Shown in pieces: positions 18,808 through 29,608 of a stretch of 64,000 bases of DNA. Each line of letters begins with the position of its first letter. Position 1 is the stretch's first letter. This DNA is from an uncultured Candidatus Saccharibacteria bacterium. Lineage in GTDB: Bacteria > Patescibacteriota > Doudnabacteria > UBA920. The notes below the pieces were generated by a model, which worked only from the letters and a program-made list of their open reading frames with translations, did not search any database and was not told where the DNA came from. The DNA lies in the NCBI GenBank assembly GCA_964474825.1, contig CAYYWQ010000001.1, forward strand, positions 357,609-421,608, read 5' to 3'. The position numbers and the translations under genes were made by a program.

Positions 18808-19776
18808 TTAATAAGTTTGTAGTGTTGAAGAAGCGGTTGTTGTGGCCGTGTTGTTAATTATGGGTGTCTGAGGAGCGGCGCAGGCCGTACCTTTTAAGCA
18901 TACGTAGCCACGGTTTTTTACCCGCATGTCTATATACGCCAGGCGTTTGTTGTCCTCTGGGGCAATGCTGTTTAGCAGTAAACGCAACTTATTTAGAGTA
19001 TCGGTCAAATTGTTAGTATAGTCAAATATGATTTTTGCGCCGTCCGTAAAATTTACCGTAATGTCCATGTCCTTAAAATTTAATATGCTAAAGGATTTAA
19101 CGATTCGTCCGGAAACATCGGGCAATTTTTCGCGTAATTCCCTTATGGCGTTAAGCTGGTTTTCGTTGCCAAACTTGGAGCCGGAGCTAATTAAGTTGCT
19201 GCCTAAAATTTCAATATGAAGCAGGGTTGTTGAAGCGGTTGATGTGGAATTTTCTTGAGCGGAAATTAGTCCGTCATTGCTTACAATAAATTCCCCTTCG
19301 GGCGCTGTAAGAAAAAAAATATTTTGACGCGGCTGGACGCTGATTTCTAAAGTAGCAGGGAGTCGTGTCACTAATTTATTTACTGCCAATAAATCGGCAT
19401 CGCGCGCCAGAATAAATTTAGCCAAGGCGTTTTTGTTTAAAAGTAGTAAATTATTTTGGGCTGAAAGGCGGCCTTGTGAAAAATAAGCTTCCAAAACTGA
19501 CCTTAAAGTGTTGTCTTGGCGTAAATTTAAGCCTGTAATATTAATTTTTTTAATGAAAAACGGGTTAGGCACATAAGCAAAGTATACAAAGACAATAATA
19601 ACAACTGCGGTAATTGCTGCGGCCTTTGTCCTGAGTATAGAAAAAAGACCGCTCGCGCGTTCCTGTGTGTCAAAAGCGGGGCGTTTGTATCCCCTCGCCT
19701 GCTTAAGCTGTTGCTTAAACGCCCGCCTTTGGAAACGAATTTTTGAATCAGTTTTCCCTCTATTTTTACCGAACAT
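18808..19776 (-). CDS. FtsQ/DivIB-like cell-division protein (single TM plus POTRA-like segment)
   Basis: 322 aa. Basic N-terminus, one TM, and 'FFIKKINITGLN' of POTRA type. Confidence 0.45.
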   Translation of the reverse strand: MFGKNRGKTDSKIRFQRRAFKQQLKQARGYKRPAFDTQERASGLFSILRTKAAAITAVVIIVFVYFAYVPNPFFIKKINITGLNLRQDNTLRSVLEAYFSQGRLSAQNNLLLLNKNALAKFILARDADLLAVNKLVTRLPATLEISVQPRQNIFFLTAPEGEFIVSNDGLISAQENSTSTASTTLLHIEILGSNLISSGSKFGNENQLNAIRELREKLPDVSGRIVKSFSILNFKDMDITVNFTDGAKIIFDYTNNLTDTLNKLRLLLNSIAPEDNKRLAYIDMRVKNRGYVCLKGTACAAPQTPIINNTATTTASSTLQTY

Positions 19777-19803
19777 TTTTTATATTTTTTGTGAACTCAA
19801 AAA

Positions 19804-21147
19804 CTATTTTGGCTTAATAACATCTGTCCCCACATATGGCCTAAGAATTTCGGGGACAATAACGCTGCCGTCCGGTTGTTGGTAATTTTCCAGTATGGCA
19901 ATTAAAATTCTAGGGCTGGCAATAACTGTGTTGTTTAAAGTAAAAACATGTTTAGTTTTGCCGTCTGCAGCTTTATATTTTATGTTGAGCCTTCGTGCTT
20001 GCCAGTCTGTTAAATTTGAGTCGCTATGGGTTTCGCCAAAATCGCCTCGGCTGGGCATCCAGGTTTCTATGTCATACATTTTGTATTTACCGGCACCCAT
20101 ATCGCCGGTACAAATGTTAAGTACACGATGCGGTAATTTTAAGTCCATCAACATTTCCTGGGCAATTTCTCTCATTCCCTCTAGCCACTTCTCACTTTCC
20201 ATTATGTCCGCCTTGCAAAGCACTACCTGTTCAACTTTCATAAATTCATGGACACGGTAAATGCCACGAGTGTCTTTACCGTAACTACCAATTTCTCCGC
20301 GGAAGCAGGAGCTAATACCGCAAACTTTTACAGGCAAATCTTTTTCCTCTAAAGTTTTATCCGCGTAATAGGCCAAAAGGCTTGGTTCGCTGGTGCCTGC
20401 TAAATATAAAGGCTCGGTAACCCCTTTTTCAATATTTTCCTGGGTTAGTACCTGGTATTGGTCGGCTTTGCCAAAAGGAAAATGCCCGCTGCCGTAAAAA
20501 GCAAACTCGCGGTCAAGAATTGGCGGGACCATTAAATCAAAACCTTTTTCTTTCATTTTCTTTAATGCATGCCAAATAAGCCCGTACTGCATAAGTACTG
20601 CTTCATTTTTTAAGTAATAGCCGCGGAAGCCCGAAGTTTTTACCCCGGCTTCAGTATCTATCAAATTCAAATTCTCCCCCAAAGTCATGTGGTCTTTAAT
20701 TTCAAAATTAAATTTTGGAGGAATGTTCTCTATTCTCTCTAAATCCTTGGCGTCAACATTGCCCATTTCCGCATTCCAGTAGGCCCACGGAACATTGCCC
20801 GAAGAATCCGGTCCAATCGGGGTTTCAGAACTTGGAATATTGGGCACCATGTACATTAACTTTTCGTATTCCGGTAATACCTGTTCCAGTTTAGCCTTGA
20901 GTTCGGTGGTTTTCACGTCCACTTCCTTCATTTGCAAAAGCTTTGCCTTTTTGTCTTCCGGTGAAAGTGTTGGTATTTCCTTAGACGCTTGGTTCTTGGT
21001 TGCCTGGAGGCTTTCCAGTTCTGTAAGAAAATTACGTCTTTGGCTGTCCAAGTCTAAAAGACGGTCTAAGTCCAAACTAATTCTTTTATCTGTTATGGCT
21101 TTTTTTACTGCTTCTTGGTTTTCGCGGATGAATTTAATGTCTAACAT
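19804..21147 (-). CDS. serS: Seryl-tRNA synthetase
   Basis: 447 aa. N-terminal coiled-coil arm and class II motifs (FRGE, GSGHFPF). Confidence 0.95.
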   Translation of the reverse strand: MLDIKFIRENQEAVKKAITDKRISLDLDRLLDLDSQRRNFLTELESLQATKNQASKEIPTLSPEDKKAKLLQMKEVDVKTTELKAKLEQVLPEYEKLMYMVPNIPSSETPIGPDSSGNVPWAYWNAEMGNVDAKDLERIENIPPKFNFEIKDHMTLGENLNLIDTEAGVKTSGFRGYYLKNEAVLMQYGLIWHALKKMKEKGFDLMVPPILDREFAFYGSGHFPFGKADQYQVLTQENIEKGVTEPLYLAGTSEPSLLAYYADKTLEEKDLPVKVCGISSCFRGEIGSYGKDTRGIYRVHEFMKVEQVVLCKADIMESEKWLEGMREIAQEMLMDLKLPHRVLNICTGDMGAGKYKMYDIETWMPSRGDFGETHSDSNLTDWQARRLNIKYKAADGKTKHVFTLNNTVIASPRILIAILENYQQPDGSVIVPEILRPYVGTDVIKPK

Positions 21148-21157
21148 AGTCTTAGGG

Positions 21158-21580
21158 TTAAGTATTTAAAAAATTAACTGTTTGGTGAATGTTATTAAAT
21201 GCGTTGTAATTTTTTACATCTTCAAATTTAACAAATTTGAGTTCAGCGATTTCTTCGTCTTTTAAACTTAATTCCCCGCCGACTACTTTGCATTCATAGG
21301 TTAGAATAATTATTTGAAAGTCTTCGCCATTAGAGCCTTGTTGTCTGTCCGTAAAAATTTTCGGCAAAAGCCTTATGACTTTGACATTCAGACCAGACTC
21401 CTCTTTAACTTCCCTAATTAAAGCCTGTTCCGGTTCTTCCCCAAATTCTATTCCCCCTCCAACAAATTCCCATTTGCCGTCTGCTTCCGGGTGATTAGGC
21501 TGGTGCCTTTTAGCCAGCAAAATCTCCCCCTTTTCGTTTCTGATTACTGCGGCAACAATAAAAATTTGTTTTTGTTCCAT
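21158..21580 (-). CDS. NUDIX hydrolase
   Basis: 140 aa. Nudix box GGGIEFGEEPEQALIREVKEESGL. Confidence 0.75.
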   Translation of the reverse strand: MEQKQIFIVAAVIRNEKGEILLAKRHQPNHPEADGKWEFVGGGIEFGEEPEQALIREVKEESGLNVKVIRLLPKIFTDRQQGSNGEDFQIIILTYECKVVGGELSLKDEEIAELKFVKFEDVKNYNAFNNIHQTVNFLNT

Positions 21581-22158
21581 TATATGAAAAATTCTTTTAA
21601 TTTATCAAACGCCCATTTGCGGTGGTTATGGTTAGTATCAATAATTTCTTCGTAATATTTATTTATGTCCGAGACAATAAACACCAAATCCCAAGGGTAA
21701 CCGGGTATTTCACCGCCGTTGTAAACCTTGTCTGTCAAAGTTCCCTTTATAATTCCTTCGGCAGTTTGAGTTTGTTTCCCGTCACAATACGCTTCCACTA
21801 CTCTTAACTGCGCCTGTCGTTGATCAGGCGGGATGGCTTTAATTTTTTCCAAAATAAATTTTAAATAATGCTGGTCGTTGCCTCCCTTGCCGTCCCAATA
21901 CCTTGTGTTAACTCCCGGCTCCATTTTGTAGAATGAAATCTCAATCCCGCTATCATCTGCCAGAGTAGGTAGTCCAGAAAGTTTTTGATAAAATTCAGCT
22001 TTGGCTTTTGCGTTTTCTTCAAAGGTGTTATAAATTTCCTCAAATTCTTCAGTAATACCAACGTCTTTTAAGCCAACTATTTCCAGGGGCAAGTCTTTAG
22101 TGATACTTTTATAATCTTCCAGTTTGGATTGGTTGAAAGTTGCAATTAAGAGCTTCAT
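21580..22158 (-). CDS. rdgB: Non-canonical purine NTP pyrophosphatase (RdgB/Ham1 family)
   Basis: 192 aa. ATxNxxKxxE, ADDSGIEI, PGVNTRY and HRKWAF all match Ham1 landmarks. Confidence 0.65.
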   Translation of the reverse strand: MKLLIATFNQSKLEDYKSITKDLPLEIVGLKDVGITEEFEEIYNTFEENAKAKAEFYQKLSGLPTLADDSGIEISFYKMEPGVNTRYWDGKGGNDQHYLKFILEKIKAIPPDQRQAQLRVVEAYCDGKQTQTAEGIIKGTLTDKVYNGGEIPGYPWDLVFIVSDINKYYEEIIDTNHNHRKWAFDKLKEFFI

Positions 22159-24056
22159 TATTTGTACAGTTCAAAATGTTTGGTTAAGGCCTCTACCTCG
22201 GATTTTTTGCCGAATACCAGAACTCCCAAAAATTCGACATCTTCCAAGTTTTTAGATTTTGCCGCAGCGATAACTTTTCGGTCGTCTGTGGTTTCTATCA
22301 TTTCGCGAATGAATTCAGAAACTTCCAGGCCTCCCTTTTTAGCATGGGCTGATAATTTTTGTAGGGTGGAAGAGGACTCAGCCGTCTTAATCATTATGGC
22401 GTGCTGAATATTAAGTTTAATTTTTTCGCCGTCTTTGGTCTCTATGTTTTCCTGGAGCAGTAATTTTTTACCTCCATGAATGCCAAGTTCCGCGTTTAAG
22501 TGCGCTACGGTGTTCATTTCCTGCCAGGCTGCCAAGTTTGCGCCTTTGTTAATTACAGCAACGGCAATTTTGGTGTCCTTGGATTTCTCCGGGACTTTTG
22601 TTGCTTCTTTCATTGGCGGAAAAATAACTGTTTCGCGAATAGAGCGGTCTACAAGGAAACTAAATAAGCGTTCAGAAACGCCAAAACCAGCGCACGGCGG
22701 CATACCGTATTCCATGGCTTCAACATAGGCTTCGTCTAGCATCTGGGCTTCTTCGTCGCCCTGGGCCCGTAGCTTCATTTGCTCTTCAAATCTTAAACGT
22801 TGGTCTACAGGGTCGTTAAGTTCGCCAAACCCCTTGCCCAGTTCAGAGCCGTAGGCAATAATTTGCGCGCGCTGAACAAGTTTAGGATTTTTAGGGTCGC
22901 GCTTAGCGAGGGGTTCTAATTCCACTGGCTGATCAATTAAAAATACAGGTTTGCCGGTTGGAATGTTTTTACGGACTTCTTTAAAAATTAAATCTATAAG
23001 GCGGCCGCGGCCGGCAAATTCTTCGTAAAAGATTTTATTTTTGTCGCAGTATTTTTTAAGCTCATCATCTGCCGCTTCCATTAAATCTATCTTCGTATGC
23101 TTTTTAAACAAATCTACATAGCTAACTTTTTCCCACTCCCCGCTCCAGTCAACAGTTTGACCATGAGATGTAATTTCTAAAGTGCCGAAAGTTTCTTTTA
23201 TCACGAACTGATATAGCTCGGTTAAGAAGTTCATCAAATCGTTAAAGTCCGCGTAAGCCCAATAGAATTCCAGTTGGGTGTAGTCCTGTAAATGTTCAGT
23301 GTCTATGCCTTCGTTGCGGAAAATGCGGCCAAGTTCAAAAACTTTTTCGTAACCACCAACTAACATTTTCTTAAGGGGTAATTCTAAACTAATTCTAAGG
23401 TAAAAATCGCGGTCTAAAGCGTTGTGGTGGGTAATAAAGGGTTTGGCTTCGGCTCCCCCGGTTGTAGCCTCTAAAACCGGCATTTCTACTTCCAAGAAGT
23501 CTTTTTGGAGCATAAACTGGCGGAACGAACCCCAAAATTTTGCCTTTTTTACAAAAAGGTCCTTAGTTTTTGGATCAAGTAAAATGTCTAAGTATCTTTT
23601 TCTAAGCTTAATTTCTTCGTCTTGCAAGCCAAAGTGTTCACTGGGCAATGGAAGTAAACTTTTGGCTAGTAGCTTGTAGCCGGTAGCCTGGAGGGTTTTT
23701 TCTTCGGTCTTGGTTTTAAACAGTGTTCCGGTAACTTGAATAAAATCACCAATGTCAAAAAAATCCATTAACTTTTTAAATTCTTCAGCGCCGACACTTT
23801 CTTCTTTAAATAAAACCTGGATTTTTGCACTGCCGTCTTCAATATGGGCAAAAATTATTTTGCCCATATCGCGCCAACTGCGAATGCGGCCAACAAGAGT
23901 AATTGGTTTACCCGACAGTTCGTCAAAACCTTCCAAAGCCTGTTGGTTGCTATTGGTACGGTCAACAGAAGAAGGGTATGCGTCTATGCCCGCTTTTTTT
24001 ATATTTTCTAAGCTTTGCCTGCGAGCGGCAAGAATGTCTTCTAAACGGTCACTCAT
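22158..24056 (-). CDS. lysS: Lysyl-tRNA synthetase (class II) with a C-terminal extension of about 140 aa
   Basis: 632 aa. OB-fold anticodon-binding domain plus class II core. The usual bacterial LysS is about 500 aa. Confidence 0.93.
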   Translation of the reverse strand: MSDRLEDILAARRQSLENIKKAGIDAYPSSVDRTNSNQQALEGFDELSGKPITLVGRIRSWRDMGKIIFAHIEDGSAKIQVLFKEESVGAEEFKKLMDFFDIGDFIQVTGTLFKTKTEEKTLQATGYKLLAKSLLPLPSEHFGLQDEEIKLRKRYLDILLDPKTKDLFVKKAKFWGSFRQFMLQKDFLEVEMPVLEATTGGAEAKPFITHHNALDRDFYLRISLELPLKKMLVGGYEKVFELGRIFRNEGIDTEHLQDYTQLEFYWAYADFNDLMNFLTELYQFVIKETFGTLEITSHGQTVDWSGEWEKVSYVDLFKKHTKIDLMEAADDELKKYCDKNKIFYEEFAGRGRLIDLIFKEVRKNIPTGKPVFLIDQPVELEPLAKRDPKNPKLVQRAQIIAYGSELGKGFGELNDPVDQRLRFEEQMKLRAQGDEEAQMLDEAYVEAMEYGMPPCAGFGVSERLFSFLVDRSIRETVIFPPMKEATKVPEKSKDTKIAVAVINKGANLAAWQEMNTVAHLNAELGIHGGKKLLLQENIETKDGEKIKLNIQHAIMIKTAESSSTLQKLSAHAKKGGLEVSEFIREMIETTDDRKVIAAAKSKNLEDVEFLGVLVFGKKSEVEALTKHFELYK

Positions 24057-24093
24057 CGGTTTTGGTCTTAAGATTTATGCCTAAATTATAACA

Positions 24094-24124
24094 AAACCGC
24101 CCTTTTTAGGCAAAAGGGCGGTTA
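24094..24124 (-). terminator. Hairpin terminator downstream of greA
   Basis: ACCGCCCTTT / loop / AAAGGGCGGT, a 10-bp stem. Confidence 0.5.
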
Positions 24125-24138
24125 AATTTATGGTTATT

Positions 24139-24606
24139 TTATTCTATGCTGACTATTTCATAGTCCATTTCCCCTGCCGGGGCTAAGACTTTGAATTTTT
24201 CGCCGACTTTGCGGCCGAGTAAGGCTTTACCAACTACAGATTCGTTGGAAATTTTGCCTTCTTTGGGGTTAGCTTCATTGCTTCCCACAATAGCGTATTT
24301 TTTTTGAACCCCACCGGTTTTAACTGTCACAGTAGAGCCAATGGTTGCTGTGCCGCCGTGATGACCCGAGGCCATGGTAATAATTTCGGCATTTTTGATC
24401 ATGTCCTCAATTTCCAGAATGCGGCCTTCAATAAAGCTTTGTTCTTCCCTAGCCTGGGCGTAGTCCGCGTTTTCGCTTAAATCACCATGGCTGGCTGCTT
24501 CGCGGATCCGTTCAATTACGTCCGGCCTCTTTTTGCCAATGAGTTCCTGTAATTCGTGATTAAGTTTTTCCAGGCCTTCCTGAGTCAGTAAATATTTTTT
24601 GGACAT
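24139..24606 (-). CDS. greA: Transcription elongation factor GreA
   Basis: 155 aa. Coiled-coil N-terminal domain with acidic tip and FKBP-like C-terminal domain. Confidence 0.9.
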   Translation of the reverse strand: MSKKYLLTQEGLEKLNHELQELIGKKRPDVIERIREAASHGDLSENADYAQAREEQSFIEGRILEIEDMIKNAEIITMASGHHGGTATIGSTVTVKTGGVQKKYAIVGSNEANPKEGKISNESVVGKALLGRKVGEKFKVLAPAGEMDYEIVSIE

Positions 24607-24691
24607 TAAATTTGTTTAGTATTTAAAAATAAAAGATATAAAATAGACTGGATATATGTTAATGGAAAATCTAATAAAAGTCAATGTTTGG

Positions 24692-25114
24692 CTACTCTAA
24701 CAAACTCCCATCTTTTTGAATCCGAAGGCAATATTCGTAGGATGTAACATAGAGTCTGTTAATGTCGCAGACTTTTCCTATAGCAGTATCTCTCTGTTTA
24801 TAAGTTGAATAACTCAGTGTATAATATTGTGCAAATTCTGAAACAGAAAAATAATGCAGAGCCCCATATTTATCTGTTGGAAAGGAGTTATTGAATTCTT
24901 GTTCAGTAGGCAAGCGTTTGTTTTGGTTTACAAACTTTTGTATATATTCGTAAGCTTTTTTCGCTTGGGTTATATTATTGTTATCCTTATAGGAAGGATA
25001 CACATAAAAGATACCAATAATAACTAATATTATTAAGACAAAACCCGCACTGACTAACTTGATCCATAGTTTCATATATTTTTCTAGAACAACTGCTCTT
25101 AATTTTAAGTTCAA
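24692..25114 (-). CDS. Hypothetical membrane-anchored protein
   Basis: 140 aa with one N-terminal TM. Confidence 0.3.
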   Translation of the reverse strand: MNLKLRAVVLEKYMKLWIKLVSAGFVLIILVIIGIFYVYPSYKDNNNITQAKKAYEYIQKFVNQNKRLPTEQEFNNSFPTDKYGALHYFSVSEFAQYYTLSYSTYKQRDTAIGKVCDINRLYVTSYEYCLRIQKDGSLLE

Positions 25115-25132
25115 ATTTAAAACTTTTGAAAA

Positions 25133-25426
25133 TTATTGTTGATCTGAATCTTTGTATTCTTCTTCTTGTGCTTTTAGTACGCGTTCGTAAATTGAAGGAC
25201 ATGTAGGACAGTCGTCTATGTGGCGCTGTAGGATTTCAAAAGCATGCTTTGCTGGCGGCGTATCTTCCAAAACATGATCATTAATTTCCTCATCTGAGGA
25301 GGACTCCATTAATTGATGTATAGCATCGACCGCTTCCGGGTCTGAGCCTTCCATTTCCTCTAAGTCCGACCAGGAATATTTAGGGTCATGCTCATGGTCT
25401 TGCGGGGGGATTTCTGTTTCCGACAT
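25133..25426 (-). CDS. Hypothetical small acidic protein with a CPTCP motif
   Basis: 97 aa and highly acidic. Confidence 0.3.
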   Translation of the reverse strand: MSETEIPPQDHEHDPKYSWSDLEEMEGSDPEAVDAIHQLMESSSDEEINDHVLEDTPPAKHAFEILQRHIDDCPTCPSIYERVLKAQEEEYKDSDQQ

Positions 25427-25438
25427 AATTTTGTTTAA

Positions 25439-27768
<2,330 letters not shown>

Positions 27769-27923
27769 AAAATTTTGCGAAGTTTCTCTACATGGATTTT
27801 AACATATTTTAACTAAAAATTCTAGTCTTTTTTATGACAAATTTTCATATTTTATGGCTTAAATAAAGCTAACTTTAAAGGCTCACATAGGTGAGCCTTT
27901 AAAGGGAATTTATCCCCACTTTA

Positions 27924-29057
27924 TTAACGCAATTCTGCGTTATATTGTGCTTTAGTTTCTTCGTAAAGCTTCTTCTGTAGAGGCTCAACCTCTTCAGTTT
28001 TTAGGGTCCGCTCCGGGCTTCTGTAGGTTACTCTGTACGTATAACTAATTTTGTCTTTGCCGAACTTTTTTTCGTCTTCGTATTTGTCTAATAATTCAAC
28101 CTGCTCCACTAAATCTTTCCCAATTTCGCGAATGAGGTCAAAATAGTTATTGGGCACAAAGTCTTTGTTTACAATAAAAGAAATGTCGCGGGTAATTGGC
28201 GGAAACTTGCTGACTTCGGTAAACTTGTGGCCGAGCTTTAATTGTTTTCTTACGCGCGGGTCCTCGCTCCAAAGCAGTCTTATGTCCGGCAAATCCATAC
28301 TGGCAATGGCAAGTCTTTCCAAACCAAAGCCGTATGCCCAGCCGTGGTAACCGGTTAAACCCATATTTTCCAAAACACTTTTTCTGGCCATGCCACTACC
28401 TAGCATTTCCATCCACTGGCCGTTAATTTCCGCTTCCATTTCAAAACTAGGGTCTGTGTAAGGGAAATTGTGTTCGTAAAAACGGAAATTTGCGTCCCCA
28501 AAAATGCTTTTACCAATTTCTGAAAGCGCGTTTTTTAAATCTTCGGGGGTAATTTTTACTTTGTCGTCCGGCCCAATATACAGGCCGCCAAATTGGTGGA
28601 AGACATTCATGTGCTTGTTGTCTATTTCGTCTTTGCGGTAAACTTTCCCATAGCAAATGCAGCCAAGTGTTTCTTTGTTGGCTATGCGTTTTTTAATTTC
28701 AGGGTGATTAAGATAGTAATACCAAAAAACCGTGTCGTGGGTACGCAAGACATTGTTTTCGTCCAAGTAATACGTGTCGGACTTACTGCGGGCCGGATGC
28801 TCCGGAGGCATATTGAATAAATCAAATAAAATATTGGTTGGGACAATTTCCGGAATTTGAATAACGTCAAACCCTTCCAGGCTTTTAACTTTTTTAGCCC
28901 GGTCAATTATTTCCTTTAAAGGGCTTTCTTCGGCGCGTGACAAATCCGGCATGCTTAAATAGCGCCTAATGCGCTGGGCTTCAAAGTCTGTGCGCTTTTC
29001 CAGTTCTTTTTTTAGTCGCTGTTCTTCTTCGGTTGAAATTACAATATTTTGTGACAT
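27924..29057 (-). CDS. pheS: Phenylalanyl-tRNA synthetase alpha subunit
   Basis: 377 aa. Class II motifs 1-3 (FRxE, GLERLA). Confidence 0.9.
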   Translation of the reverse strand: MSQNIVISTEEEQRLKKELEKRTDFEAQRIRRYLSMPDLSRAEESPLKEIIDRAKKVKSLEGFDVIQIPEIVPTNILFDLFNMPPEHPARSKSDTYYLDENNVLRTHDTVFWYYYLNHPEIKKRIANKETLGCICYGKVYRKDEIDNKHMNVFHQFGGLYIGPDDKVKITPEDLKNALSEIGKSIFGDANFRFYEHNFPYTDPSFEMEAEINGQWMEMLGSGMARKSVLENMGLTGYHGWAYGFGLERLAIASMDLPDIRLLWSEDPRVRKQLKLGHKFTEVSKFPPITRDISFIVNKDFVPNNYFDLIREIGKDLVEQVELLDKYEDEKKFGKDKISYTYRVTYRSPERTLKTEEVEPLQKKLYEETKAQYNAELR

Positions 29058-29083
29058 GTTTCAGTGGATATCTTTTCTGGATG

Positions 29084-29515
29084 TCATTCTATCATACCAG
29101 GATTAAATTGGCTACCCGGGGCCGTGCCAGGTTTTAATAGCGCAATTTCAGGTTTTTCATTCAAGGGGCCCAGGCCCAACTCAAAAGCGGCGCAAATCAT
29201 ACCCTGGCTTTCTATGCCGCGGATTTTAGCTTTGGTTAAAATAAATGATTTATGGTTTTCATCGTGAATGCTTTTAGGGATGTTTGCTCCCGGCAAAGCC
29301 AAGACAACTATGTCCCCGACTCCGAAATTTAAAGCGCCACACACTACCGGTTCTACTACTGCATTTCCTACATCAAGCTTAATAACCCTTAAGCGGTCTG
29401 CGTTGGGGTGTTTTTGTATTTCCAAAACCTGGGCCGCAACGATGCCAGGGAAATTAGGAGTTGATGACGGTTTTAAGCTAAAAAGATTTTTAAAAAAGTT
29501 TAAAAATGTTTGCAT
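29084..29515 (-). CDS. Stand-alone tRNA-binding (Myf/EMAP-II/CsaA-type OB) domain protein resembling the PheT N-terminus
   Basis: 143 aa. KHPNADRLRV...VVCGALN...KIRGIESQGMIC...ELGL signature. Confidence 0.7.
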   Translation of the reverse strand: MQTFLNFFKNLFSLKPSSTPNFPGIVAAQVLEIQKHPNADRLRVIKLDVGNAVVEPVVCGALNFGVGDIVVLALPGANIPKSIHDENHKSFILTKAKIRGIESQGMICAAFELGLGPLNEKPEIALLKPGTAPGSQFNPGMIE

Positions 29516-29521
29516 GTGTAT

Positions 29522-29604
29522 GTATTAAGTATAATGTATTTTGTATTTAGTATATACAGGAATACTGTTTTCATACAAAATACTTAATACAATATACTAA
29601 ATAC
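29522..29604. repeat. AT-rich nested inverted-repeat element (GTATTAAGTA / GTATTTTGTAT arms)
   Basis: A 21-bp interrupted stem around a 26-nt loop. The GTATTTTGTAT / ATACAAAATAC module also occurs near 1943 and 39673. Confidence 0.6.
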
Positions 29605-29608
29605 CAAT

